The position numbers were made by a program, and so were the translations under genes. Shown here in pieces: positions 19,911 to 29,803 of a stretch of 64,000 nt of DNA. The DNA is from Escherichia coli 042. GTDB taxonomy: Bacteria > Pseudomonadota > Gammaproteobacteria > Enterobacterales > Enterobacteriaceae. The stretch is taken from assembly GCF_000027125.1 (NCBI RefSeq), contig NC_017627.1; one strand, given 5' to 3'. Position 1 is the first letter of the stretch, and each line of letters begins with the position of its first letter. The notes beneath the pieces were generated by a model. It worked only from the letters and a program-made list of their open reading frames with translations. It was not told where the DNA came from and made no database searches.

Positions 19911-22900
19911 TCAGTCTCCGCCCAGGGTTTTCTCTTTCTGCAGGTCACGGACCATATCCCGCTCCATCTGCTGCAGACGCTCCTGCAGCAGATTTTCCCG
20001 GGCAACCTCCCGGACCGCTTCCCGCTCCCGTTGTGATTCACGCAGCACACTCTCCGGCAGTGCGGTTTCCCGTTCAGAAGTGGCAGTCCGGTCACGTTCC
20101 TGCCCGGCAATCTCCCTGACAGCCTGCTCTGTTTTGCCATCCGGCAGGTCAGGTTTGTTCTCTGCCATTTTACGGACAATTTCATCTGCGCGACGTTCCG
20201 TTTCACGGCGGATGGCCTCTTCAGCCTGCCGCTGTGCCAGCACTTCAGCTGTAACCGGTTCACCATTTCCGGCCCCCGGCTGGACGCTGTTATCCGGGAT
20301 ATCCCCCCACACGCGGCCACCGGTGATGGCACCGGGATTCCACGGACGACCTTCACCGGCAATTCTCACCACCACACCGCTGTCAGGATTATCACGGGCA
20401 ATCCGGACACCATCCTGCATATTATCAGCCAGCAGGCTTTCTCCGTTACGGCTGCCCTGCAGGGCCACGAACTGCGCATCCCCGCTGCCCTTCACCCGTC
20501 CTTCACCGCTGAATCCCCGCAGCCCGTTTCCGTCATCCGTGGTCAGTGGGTTCAGCCAGATACCGGCGGACCTGCCGTTACGGTCAAACGCCGGCAGTGC
20601 CACATACGGCTGCGGATATTTACGTCCCGGTGCAATAAACCGTGCAGGGCTGTCTCCCCCGGCCAGCCCTGCCTGACGGAGAACGGCACGGCCTGCCGCC
20701 ACGTCCCGCAGTTCCCGTGCCGTACTGAACAGCCGCTCTGCATTCATGACCTCCCGGTCCGGTTTCGGTTCAAACACATCGTGGGCTGTTCCTTTCTGTA
20801 CGGCATTGTTAATGGCATCCGTCCAGCCCTGACGGTTATCGGTGTACACCTGCACATGCTGCTTCATACGCGACAGGGCCACGTAGGCTGACTCAAAGCC
20901 TGCCATCAGTTTCCGGTTACCTTCCGTGCCTTCAAGCGCGATGGCAAAGGTTTCACTCGCCCCCTGCGCACCGTGGGCGGTGATGGCATAGGCCAGGTCA
21001 ATATGTTGCTCTGCCCGCTCCTGTCCGGGGCGAATCACCCGGGTCTGCTGTCCGTCCGACAGCGTGACACTGTCACCGGAAACCGCTGTCACCGTCCAGA
21101 CGCTGTTGGCCACATAACCGCGCTCCCGGTCACTCTTCGTGAAGCGCATCCGGTCGCCGGTTCCCACCCGGATGGTGTCCGGGGTGTACAGTGTGACGCC
21201 TTCAGCCACCGCCTCCCGGGGCGAAATCAGCCGCGTGTTACCTTCCGCATCCTGCAGGGTTATCAGCCCGTCATCCTTACTGACACCGGCAATCCGGTGA
21301 TACACATTATCCACCAGGGCAAGGGCATCCGGGTTATTCTCCCAGGTGGAGAGACGACGCAGTTCCCCGTCGCGTATATTCGCTGTATTCAGGACAGGCA
21401 CCATGACCTGCTCTTTCCCCAGCTCACCGGCCTTTTCCCGTGCATCATGAATCATGCTGTTCAGTACGCGCCGGTCCTCATTCAGGTGCGTGACAATCAG
21501 CGTCTGCTCCCGTGCTTCCGGTGTCCTGCCGGTATAGTCGCGGACAATGGCTTCATACAGTGTCATGGGGACATCCGGGAAAGCCTCGCCTTTCAGCATC
21601 GCCTTCTGCTGCGCTTCTGCCAGTTTCGCTTCCTGGCTGTGACTGAACTCCGTCACGGAGTGCTCCGGTGCCCATGCGCCCTCCAGACGTGGCACCTGAG
21701 ACGGTTTCACACTCTCAAGCCCGGACAGTGCCCTTTCCACATCCCGGTTAATCAGGCTGTATACCGCCTCCCGCAGTTCCGGCGTCTGACGCACAATCTC
21801 CTTCATGATGACCACATCGGCAGCACTGCGCGTCTGCTGGAGACGGAAAGGCTGACCGGGCGCGATGGCCTGCAGCTGGTCCGTGTCACCGCTGGCCACA
21901 GCACGACCGCCACCGGCCGCAATCAGGGCGTATGCCCGTGCCATGTCGGTATTGCCCACCATTGAGCTCTCATCGAGCAGGAACAGCGTGTTGCTGAAAT
22001 CCGGCGTTTCTCCGCTGCGCTGCTGCAGCTGCGTGTCATGCAGAAAGGACGCCAGCGTCTGTGCATCCACGCCGGCGCTGCGCATCTCACCGACCGCACG
22101 GTGCGTGGGCCCCAGCCCCACAACTCGGGGACGCTCACTCGCCGGCAGCATGTTCACGGCTGACATCACCGCCCGGAACTGTGTGGTCTTACCCACACCG
22201 GCATAACCCTGTACCACCGTGAAACGGTCGGACGTTTCCAGTATCATGCGGGTGGCGGCACGCTGTCCTGATGTCAGTTTCTCCATGAGTTCGCCAGGTA
22301 CTCTCTCCATCAGCGGCGTGACCGCCTCCTTACCTTCGAGAATATGGCGAAGAATGCTCTTTTCTGCCTCATACGACGCACGGGAAACCAGCAGGCCTGT
22401 GCCATAGCCTTTTGCCACATCCACATACAGTAAATCACCGCGTTTTATCTGCGCATTGATTTCCCCTCCCAGTTCAGTAAAACCGGTTCCTTCTGCAGCA
22501 AACGACTTCGCCTCTGTCAGCAGGTCCACCATGCTGAAGGCCAGGTTTTTACTTTCCAGCACAGGAAGGGCCAGATGAATGGCCTGGTGTGCCGGCGTGT
22601 GCAGCCCGGCTTTCTGCAGACTGATAGCGGTTTCCAGCGATGTCTCACCGGCCCGCGCCTTTATCTGCTCAGAAACCACCGTAAAGGAGGGATGGCGGGC
22701 AAGTTTTTCCGCAGTACGGGTTTCATCCAGTGAGGAATACAGCCGGACATCACGACCGCTGCGGGCCAGACCGTTCAGGGTGGCGTTGTCCATTGCCATC
22801 TGTGTGACGGAGGCAAACACCGTCGCACTGTCACTGACGGAATGCCCGGGCGTTTCCACCCAGCCGTTCTCCAGCTTCAGTGCCGTGAACGGTGAATCGC

Positions 22901-25181
22901 TCACAGGCAGGGAGGCCGGTTCAGCCCGCCCCGGCACAACAACCGTCATCGCATCTTCACTGACGGATGCCACCTGCAGGCGGTCACCGCCGGAGACGCG
23001 GAGTCCGGGAATTTTCCCTGTCACCCTCAGTCGCTCGCCGTCTGCCACCGGCATTTTTTCCGGCCGGAACAGCGACCAGCTGCTGTCCAGGGAGGAAATA
23101 CGCACCACCTGCGTTTCGCCCTGCGCATCCCGCAGGGTCAGGCTGTGACTCTGCGCTGTCACCCGGTCTATCACATAGCGGTCATGACTGCGTGTCTCCG
23201 GGTTCCACTGCTCCATCACCATCCCCGGTCGGTACATATCCCGCAGATAACGGCTCCGGCTGTCCAGCCAGACCGGTGACAGTGCAGTCATGGTCACCTC
23301 AGGGTGTCCGAGCACGCCCTGCGTTTTCAGCTCACTGCGAATGGCCTGTGTCAGTATGGCCTGTTCCCGTACCCCGCTGACCTGTGCCACGCTCTCTTCT
23401 CCGGCTTTCACGCTGGCCGCAAAATCTCCGGCCAGCCGGGCATAGCGGACATTACGGTCCGGTTCACTGATGATGGTGGCCGGTCGCTGTTCTCCGCCCT
23501 GCCAGCGATATGTGTTCACCCCGGCATCCTTCATGGCCATCAGCGCACTGCCTGTACCGGTTCGCTGCCCGCTGTCGGTTATCAGGACCTGTACGTTATG
23601 ACGTGCGGCACCGTCCAGCAGGGTTAACGTCTCTTTCAGGGAGAGTTTTTCGCCCTGGTCGACGATAACAGTACTGCCCGGCGTGAAGGCCATGCCCTCC
23701 TGCAGCTGACGACGTCCGGTTATCAGCTCACCGGACAGCCGTTCATCCTGCTTCAGGTTCATCTGCGAGCGACGGTCAGCGGCGATAATCTGCATCTCCC
23801 GCCCCTGCTCCCGGGCCATCATGACCAGTTCAGCCACCCGCTCACGCTGCCCGGCTGCACCGCCCTGCCCGGAAACAATGGCCAGCGACGGACGGTCCTG
23901 TGCCAGAACACTGACCGCATCGCTGTAACCAGCCGTCCGGGGGACACTTTTCTCCGGATGTACGGTCACCCGGTTCTGTTTCATGATGTCACGACTGAGT
24001 GCCCGGACGGACAGCTCATCGAGCACATGAATTCCTGATGTGAACAGCCCCTTCTCACGGTCGAGGGGGATAAGCTGCTCACGACTGATGGCCTCATCGA
24101 TACCGGCGCGTGCCCGTTCAATCACACCATTTTCCGGCGGCAGTATACCGACCGTTCTGGCCAGCACGTCCGTGTACGTAAACTGCACTTTTCGTTCACT
24201 TAATCCGGCAATGGCCTGTGTCACCGCCTGCTGCACATCCGGCCCCTCCTGTGAAACAGCCCCGGGCGCCTGCGTGTGGGTCTCCGCACGCTGATCCGCC
24301 GCGTCACGATATGCCCGGATGTCGAACCCGGTTTCCTTCAGCGTCTGCATCCATTCAGCCATTCTGACTTCAGGATCGACGTGCTGTTTGGATTTTCGCG
24401 TATCCAGTGCCGCCACATCCCGGGATTTCAGTGAGGCCCCTTCACCGACGGCCTCCCGGATAGCCTGTGAGCGTCCGGAGAAGGCTTCCACCGGTACGCC
24501 CGGCATCTCCCACATACCGTGCTTACCGACCACTTCGGTTTCATAGCCCAGTGCCTCAACCTGCTCTTTCAGTTTTTCCCGGTAGAGCCTGCCAAAGGCA
24601 ATCTGATTAGCGTACACATTCTCAATGAACCCCGTTTTCCCCACTTTGTCACTGCTCAGTGTCTTCCACTCACCGTTATGCTGCGTGACATTAGCCACCA
24701 CCGCATGCGTGTGTAACTGTGGTTCCTGATCGCGACTGGTGTCGTGGTTAAACAGTGCCATCACCAGATTACCGGTCAGTACCGTTTCTGACTGTCCGTC
24801 CGTCATCACCCGTGTGGAGGCCAGCGCCTCCACCTGACGAACAGCAAAGTCCACGGCCTGGTTATGTGCATCAATCAGGCGCTTATCGCCACCTAACATG
24901 GCCATCATGGAGACACTTTTGGGGGCGGAGAAGGTCAGGTCGTAGCCGGGACGATGCTTATTACTGCCATCCTGCATGCGGCTTAGATCCGCTCCGTCCG
25001 GCAGCCTTCCCTCCAGAAGACGGGTAAAAACATCCTTATCGACACTGCCCTGCAGTCCCAGCTGTTCAGCCCCCCTGCCGGCCCAGCGTTCTCCCATGCT
25101 GCCCAGTACATAGTAATTATCCTTGTCGGTATAATAGTTACCGGCACTTCCGGCCGATCTGACCTGCGCGATACTCATCAT
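19911..25181 (-). CDS. traI: relaxase/helicase TraI
   Basis: 1756-aa product; relaxase N-terminus, helicase Walker A ..GYAGVGKTT..; start overlaps the traD stop. Confidence 0.95.
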   Translation of the reverse strand: MMSIAQVRSAGSAGNYYTDKDNYYVLGSMGERWAGRGAEQLGLQGSVDKDVFTRLLEGRLPDGADLSRMQDGSNKHRPGYDLTFSAPKSVSMMAMLGGDKRLIDAHNQAVDFAVRQVEALASTRVMTDGQSETVLTGNLVMALFNHDTSRDQEPQLHTHAVVANVTQHNGEWKTLSSDKVGKTGFIENVYANQIAFGRLYREKLKEQVEALGYETEVVGKHGMWEMPGVPVEAFSGRSQAIREAVGEGASLKSRDVAALDTRKSKQHVDPEVRMAEWMQTLKETGFDIRAYRDAADQRAETHTQAPGAVSQEGPDVQQAVTQAIAGLSERKVQFTYTDVLARTVGILPPENGVIERARAGIDEAISREQLIPLDREKGLFTSGIHVLDELSVRALSRDIMKQNRVTVHPEKSVPRTAGYSDAVSVLAQDRPSLAIVSGQGGAAGQRERVAELVMMAREQGREMQIIAADRRSQMNLKQDERLSGELITGRRQLQEGMAFTPGSTVIVDQGEKLSLKETLTLLDGAARHNVQVLITDSGQRTGTGSALMAMKDAGVNTYRWQGGEQRPATIISEPDRNVRYARLAGDFAASVKAGEESVAQVSGVREQAILTQAIRSELKTQGVLGHPEVTMTALSPVWLDSRSRYLRDMYRPGMVMEQWNPETRSHDRYVIDRVTAQSHSLTLRDAQGETQVVRISSLDSSWSLFRPEKMPVADGERLRVTGKIPGLRVSGGDRLQVASVSEDAMTVVVPGRAEPASLPVSDSPFTALKLENGWVETPGHSVSDSATVFASVTQMAMDNATLNGLARSGRDVRLYSSLDETRTAEKLARHPSFTVVSEQIKARAGETSLETAISLQKAGLHTPAHQAIHLALPVLESKNLAFSMVDLLTEAKSFAAEGTGFTELGGEINAQIKRGDLLYVDVAKGYGTGLLVSRASYEAEKSILRHILEGKEAVTPLMERVPGELMEKLTSGQRAATRMILETSDRFTVVQGYAGVGKTTQFRAVMSAVNMLPASERPRVVGLGPTHRAVGEMRSAGVDAQTLASFLHDTQLQQRSGETPDFSNTLFLLDESSMVGNTDMARAYALIAAGGGRAVASGDTDQLQAIAPGQPFRLQQTRSAADVVIMKEIVRQTPELREAVYSLINRDVERALSGLESVKPSQVPRLEGAWAPEHSVTEFSHSQEAKLAEAQQKAMLKGEAFPDVPMTLYEAIVRDYTGRTPEAREQTLIVTHLNEDRRVLNSMIHDAREKAGELGKEQVMVPVLNTANIRDGELRRLSTWENNPDALALVDNVYHRIAGVSKDDGLITLQDAEGNTRLISPREAVAEGVTLYTPDTIRVGTGDRMRFTKSDRERGYVANSVWTVTAVSGDSVTLSDGQQTRVIRPGQERAEQHIDLAYAITAHGAQGASETFAIALEGTEGNRKLMAGFESAYVALSRMKQHVQVYTDNRQGWTDAINNAVQKGTAHDVFEPKPDREVMNAERLFSTARELRDVAAGRAVLRQAGLAGGDSPARFIAPGRKYPQPYVALPAFDRNGRSAGIWLNPLTTDDGNGLRGFSGEGRVKGSGDAQFVALQGSRNGESLLADNMQDGVRIARDNPDSGVVVRIAGEGRPWNPGAITGGRVWGDIPDNSVQPGAGNGEPVTAEVLAQRQAEEAIRRETERRADEIVRKMAENKPDLPDGKTEQAVREIAGQERDRTATSERETALPESVLRESQREREAVREVARENLLQERLQQMERDMVRDLQKEKTLGGD

Positions 25182-27532
25182 CAGAAATCATCTCCCGGCT
25201 CAACATCCTCCCCACGCTCCCGGTGCACATTAATGTTCACCTCTTCACGACGCTGCATCTGCTGCTGGATGTCCGGATGATTTTCCTGTTGCCATGCCTC
25301 ATAAGCGGCCATATCCACCACTTCACCGGATTCACTGATCCCGGGTGGCAGTTGCTGTTCCATCTCTTCTTCCGGTTTCATTTTCAGCTCCTGCTCGATC
25401 CCCCCTGCCGGAACACTCACACCTGCATCTGACTTCTTATCATTGATGACAGAAGACACTGGCTGTTGTGACTGTTGTGACTGTTGTGGCTGTTGTGGCT
25501 GTTGTGGCTGTTGTGGCTGTTGTGGCTGTTGTGGCTGTTGTGGCTGTTGTGGCTGTTGTGGCTGTTGTGGCTGTTGTGGCTGTTGTGGCTGTTGTGGCTG
25601 TTGTGGCTGTTGTGGCTGTTGTGGCTGTTGTGGCTGTTGTGGCTGTTGTGGCTGTTGTGGCTGTTGTGGCTGTTGTGGCTGTTCAGCCTGAGTTACGTCT
25701 TCTCCGGAGGCAACCTCCGGTTCGAAGAGGCTGGCCATCTGGCGACCTTCTGCTTCCCTTGCAGCAAGTACGGCACTCAGACGGTTCTCCATTTCCGGGT
25801 TGATGTCACGCGGAATAAACTCCGGAGCGACCTTCGGTCGTGTCTGATATTTCAGGGAGAGTTTGACTGCCGGATACGGTCCGGGCAGAGTGACATAGCA
25901 GGTCAGATCCGGCAGAGACTGAATGTCGGAATAACTGACCAGCGTCTGACGCTCCATATCCTTACCGGTCGATACCCCGTCACGTACCGGGTCAGCACCG
26001 TAAGAATACTGCTCGCTGGCTTTCAGGTGCTCTTTCTCACCAATTTCACCGGCAGCGAACTCTGCAATCTTATGGCTGGGAGAACGGAAAAAGGCACGGG
26101 TGTTCATGACGTCAAACAGCGTGGCCGCCGCTTTCTCACCGTAGATATCTTCCAGCTGGGCATAGGACTGGATACCAAACACATAACAGCCACCGAACTT
26201 ACGGGCTTCCGGCAGGATCTCCACCAGGTCCGGCAGTTTGTGTAACGTGGGTAACTCGTCACAGAAAAACCACACACGACGATTACGGTTTTCTCCCATT
26301 GCCAGCAGACCACGAATGGCAATGGACAGCCACATGGAGATCACCGGCTTCAGGGAGGCATGGGTGTCGGCATTCGACGAGATAAACAGCCAGCCGTTTT
26401 TCTGATCTTCCCGGACACCACGCATCCAGTCACGGATGGTAAAAGACTCACCGTTATGCTCAATCCCCTGCAGGTAACGGATGGCTTTCACGTAGTTGGT
26501 CAGCACAGCACGGATGGAAATCGCCGTTTTCTCAATTTTCTCTTCCACCAGGTTGGCTGCCGGTGAATTACGCAGGAAGGTACGCAGTTTTTCAATTTTG
26601 ATGGAAAGCAGTGTGTCCACCAGTTTGCTGTAGCTGCGGTTGGGGTCATTACGCATCAGGTACGCCGCTTCCGCAAAAATGGTACGTCCTGAACCCTGCC
26701 AGAACGGGTCCTCTTTTGTGCCCATCGGGATCAGCGTGTTCGCGGTATTATCAAAATCCGGCTGTGTCAGGCACTCCTTCCACAAATCCCAGGCGGCACA
26801 GCGGGCATCCAGCGGATTCAGGATTTTATCGATGGAGGGATCATAGTAACTTTTAACAAATTCCCCCGAACGGTCATAAATCACCACCATATCTCCACGC
26901 TGACGGGCGTAGTTGGCCAGACGACGGATAACTTCCGACTTACCGGCCCCGACCGTGCCGTGCAGACAGAAGTTCTGGATTTCGGAATCCCGGATAATCG
27001 GCAGGTCGCCAATCCGTATATCGGAGTCCTTGCCGTCTTTTTTCAGCATCCGGGCAACATCTTTCGGGTTTTCCGTCAGCTGACGACCACCTGTAACTTC
27101 ATTTTCGCTCTGTTGTTTACCCTGACGCCCCAGAATCCAAGAGACAACAAAGAAGGTGATCAGGCAAATAACCAGTGCCACGACAGACGCCAGAACGAAT
27201 GCGGACCATAGCTGCTCACCGCACCAGATCATATATTTATCATGCAGTACCTGGGCAGCGTTCATCCGGAAGGTTTTGCCGTAATACTGGATCTCATATA
27301 CTGGCTGGGACTTGATTAAATCCCGCATGCCTTCCAGCGTGGTACACCACCAGTAAATACAGCCGTTCACAAACGTCTGCCAGCTTATTTTTACCCATAA
27401 AATCAGACCAACGAGTATCCAGAAAAAAATAAACAGGCAGTAAAGCATGATATTGGCGATCTGGCTGAACATGCGGATACGCATGGACGCAATCTGACCG
27501 CCCTGGGTCATATCCTTTGCGTTAAAACTCAT
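25181..27532 (-). CDS. traD: type IV coupling protein TraD, with expanded C-terminal QQP repeat
   Basis: 783 aa; N-terminal TM segments, Walker A ..GTVGAGKS..; C-terminal (QQP)n array and acidic tail. Confidence 0.95.
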   Translation of the reverse strand: MSFNAKDMTQGGQIASMRIRMFSQIANIMLYCLFIFFWILVGLILWVKISWQTFVNGCIYWWCTTLEGMRDLIKSQPVYEIQYYGKTFRMNAAQVLHDKYMIWCGEQLWSAFVLASVVALVICLITFFVVSWILGRQGKQQSENEVTGGRQLTENPKDVARMLKKDGKDSDIRIGDLPIIRDSEIQNFCLHGTVGAGKSEVIRRLANYARQRGDMVVIYDRSGEFVKSYYDPSIDKILNPLDARCAAWDLWKECLTQPDFDNTANTLIPMGTKEDPFWQGSGRTIFAEAAYLMRNDPNRSYSKLVDTLLSIKIEKLRTFLRNSPAANLVEEKIEKTAISIRAVLTNYVKAIRYLQGIEHNGESFTIRDWMRGVREDQKNGWLFISSNADTHASLKPVISMWLSIAIRGLLAMGENRNRRVWFFCDELPTLHKLPDLVEILPEARKFGGCYVFGIQSYAQLEDIYGEKAAATLFDVMNTRAFFRSPSHKIAEFAAGEIGEKEHLKASEQYSYGADPVRDGVSTGKDMERQTLVSYSDIQSLPDLTCYVTLPGPYPAVKLSLKYQTRPKVAPEFIPRDINPEMENRLSAVLAAREAEGRQMASLFEPEVASGEDVTQAEQPQQPQQPQQPQQPQQPQQPQQPQQPQQPQQPQQPQQPQQPQQPQQPQQPQQPQQPQQPQQPQQPQQSQQSQQPVSSVINDKKSDAGVSVPAGGIEQELKMKPEEEMEQQLPPGISESGEVVDMAAYEAWQQENHPDIQQQMQRREEVNINVHRERGEDVEPGDDF
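25461..25682. repeat. about 24 tandem copies of a 9-bp unit (GGCTGTTGT/GACTGTTGT) encoding the TraD (QQP)n/(QQS) tract
   Basis: Perfect 9-bp periodicity visible in the sequence. Confidence 0.9.
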
Positions 27533-27582
27533 GATGAAACTCCGGGAAAATCTGGAACAGGGCAGAAAAGGATGATGTGGGG

Positions 27583-28320
27583 TTAATTCACAGAAACAGA
27601 CCAGGTGTACCCTGTATGCCGGTGGTGATACCCGCCTGCAGTCCTGCCGGAAGAGACCTTCTCTGTAACAATGTCAGTCAGGCGCAATACTTCAGACCAG
27701 TCACTCCCGTGCGGAAACTGGATCTGAATAAAAAGGCGTACCCGTTCACGGTGATCCAGAACTGTGTCCGGTTCATAAAAACGGCCACTGTCAGGAGAAA
27801 CACGGGACGTTTTATTGATGAGATCATACTTATCGGCAGGAGACTGCGATGACAGAGACCAGGTAATATTTTCGCCCTGATGACCATCAATACGACTGCT
27901 CCCCGGCGTCCATGCAATTTCCTGCGCACTCGCCACGATGATCTCCCTGGAGACTTCTGCCAGCTTTCTGGGTGTACCGAATACCGGTGCCAGCACACAC
28001 AGGGACAACAAATTACAGCTGACCGCTTCCGGTTTAAGCGAATTGCTCCCGGATTTTTCAGGAAAAGATATTTTTGTCAGTATTTCAGTTAATTCCTTAT
28101 GCCTGAGAGAATTAATAAAGTACATGATAAGCATCATGAGAAACAATATAACAATAAGCCCTCCGATAACCACTAAAAGGTTAGTATCAATATTATTGCT
28201 GTACAGATAGTCTTTAGTGGTCACTGTATTATCCTGTATCACCGGGGGGTATTCAGTTACAGGCTTCTCAGTAAATTGATTATTCTCACCAACATATTCA
28301 GCGATATTGTCTGATGTCAT
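27583..28320 (-). CDS. hypothetical single-pass membrane protein inserted between traT and traD (about 245 aa)
   Basis: Start [10 protein letters not shown].. with SD GGAGAAA 8 nt upstream; one TM helix [22 protein letters not shown]; 5-prime half is AT-rich. No recognisable family. Confidence 0.55.
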   Translation of the reverse strand: MTSDNIAEYVGENNQFTEKPVTEYPPVIQDNTVTTKDYLYSNNIDTNLLVVIGGLIVILFLMMLIMYFINSLRHKELTEILTKISFPEKSGSNSLKPEAVSCNLLSLCVLAPVFGTPRKLAEVSREIIVASAQEIAWTPGSSRIDGHQGENITWSLSSQSPADKYDLINKTSRVSPDSGRFYEPDTVLDHRERVRLFIQIQFPHGSDWSEVLRLTDIVTEKVSSGRTAGGYHHRHTGYTWSVSVN

Positions 28321-28522
28321 AATGACTTTCTCCGGAAGATCCCGACTTCGCCGGCAACACTTCACGGTCGCACAAAGAATTTGCACAACCGCTCAGTGTT
28401 TTCATATTTATTTCGGAAACGCCGGGAGGTGACAAAATTTATTTTGTTACATCCCGGGGTTGGACAACGAGCAACGCGAGGCGTCAGCAAGGAGGCCGGT
28501 CAGATCAGCCTCCTGACGAGGT

Positions 28523-29254
28523 TCAGAGAATATTTGCGATTGATTTGGCCAGCTGGTCTTCGAGAACAGGCTTCGCCTCTTCAAATTTCAGGTTAACCTT
28601 GTTCGCATTTGAGACCACACGGGTCTGGTATTTATGCTGGTTACCCGTTTCAGTACTGGTCTGAATTTTCGCACCGGATGTGCCCTGACGCAGGGCGGCA
28701 ACATTATCCGTTGTCACCGTTGCCTTAGTACGCTCTGCAATCTGTACATCCGTGATCATGGTATAGTTCACATCTTCCACCATCGCATCTGCAGCCATAC
28801 CCACCAGACCGGCAGCAAGGCCTACACCGAGTGTGGCACCGGCAGAATTTGAGTTATAGCCGGTAATACCGGCACCTAACGCTGCACCAACAGCTGCGCC
28901 TTCATAACCACGGTTCAGCCATCCCTGAGACTCCCGCAGATCCATCTTATCAGCCTTCAGCACATTCGCCTGAATCCAGTAGTAGGCTTTATCCGGAGAA
29001 GTCACCACCTGATATCCTTTTGCTTTCACAGCATCAGCAATTTTGCCCTGCAGCCCACTCATGTCTTTATCAGACGTGTTTTTGATCTGCAGAAATACCG
29101 TGCGTTCGCTGTCGGGTTTAAGCCAGATGGTCTCACTCATCTGAGTCTTCACCTCAAGGTTACGCTTCTTGATTGCTGTGCTCATCGCACCACACCCTGA
29201 AAGGGCCAGAGTGGAACTGACCAGTGCAACCATCATCAATTTTTTTGTTTTCAT
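28523..29254 (-). CDS. traT: surface exclusion lipoprotein TraT
   Basis: [26 protein letters not shown].. lipobox; 243 aa from the internal start. Confidence 0.9.
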   Translation of the reverse strand: MKTKKLMMVALVSSTLALSGCGAMSTAIKKRNLEVKTQMSETIWLKPDSERTVFLQIKNTSDKDMSGLQGKIADAVKAKGYQVVTSPDKAYYWIQANVLKADKMDLRESQGWLNRGYEGAAVGAALGAGITGYNSNSAGATLGVGLAAGLVGMAADAMVEDVNYTMITDVQIAERTKATVTTDNVAALRQGTSGAKIQTSTETGNQHKYQTRVVSNANKVNLKFEEAKPVLEDQLAKSIANIL

Positions 29255-29285
29255 CAAATTACCTTTATTACAAACCACAGTTTTC

Positions 29286-29789
29286 TTATCGCCTGTCATC
29301 ATAGTCCTGCCAACAAGTCCCAAAAGTATTTCCTGCTGAATCAAATCCTCCATGCATAGCTAATCCTGTTGCCGGATTAGTACGATAAAAATCCACATAA
29401 TCAAAATTCACATCATCAAAATCCAGATGCAAATCTTCATTAGTTTGTTCATTTACCTGAGATTGCATCCATTCTCTTACACTTACACAACCACTAATTC
29501 GCCTTAATTCGTATAGTGTACCAATGATAAAAACCATCAGGCTTAATAACGGAGAGAGTAAGGAAGATAATGGCATCAGTATATACCAAACGCCTTTACT
29601 GAATTTAAACTCATCCGACACATGCCGTTTTTTTCGTATTTGAGAAAACAACCATATAAACAATCCCTGCCATAGTACAATAAAGCACAGGATAAAAATT
29701 GTTTCGGCACTCCCCCAATCAGCCAGATAACAGGCAATGAACTGTATCACCGTCACCAGAGCAATATGAGCTAAATTTTTCATTATCAT
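29286..29789 (-). CDS. traS: entry exclusion protein TraS
   Basis: 167-aa hydrophobic protein between traG and traT. Confidence 0.75.
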   Translation of the reverse strand: MIMKNLAHIALVTVIQFIACYLADWGSAETIFILCFIVLWQGLFIWLFSQIRKKRHVSDEFKFSKGVWYILMPLSSLLSPLLSLMVFIIGTLYELRRISGCVSVREWMQSQVNEQTNEDLHLDFDDVNFDYVDFYRTNPATGLAMHGGFDSAGNTFGTCWQDYDDRR

Positions 29790-29803
29790 CTCCCCATACG
29801 ATA

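Noticed and set aside
19804-21965. Long plus-strand ORFs (19804-20676, 20973-21965 and others) antisense to traI
   Set aside because: They lie entirely inside the clearly coding 1756-aa traI on the opposite strand, are Arg/Ser/Pro-rich low-complexity shadow frames typical of GC-rich antisense, and have no ribosome-binding sites.
25461-25682. Possible CRISPR array (also the hexamer array at 60037-60120)
   Set aside because: Both are contiguous short tandem repeats with no spacers and no cas genes; one encodes a protein repeat and the other is a microsatellite.
25443-26245. Plus-strand ORFs reading CCGCCG.../VAVVAV.../WLLWLL... across 25443-26245
   Set aside because: These are translations of the TraD 9-bp repeat array on the wrong strand and frames, not genes.
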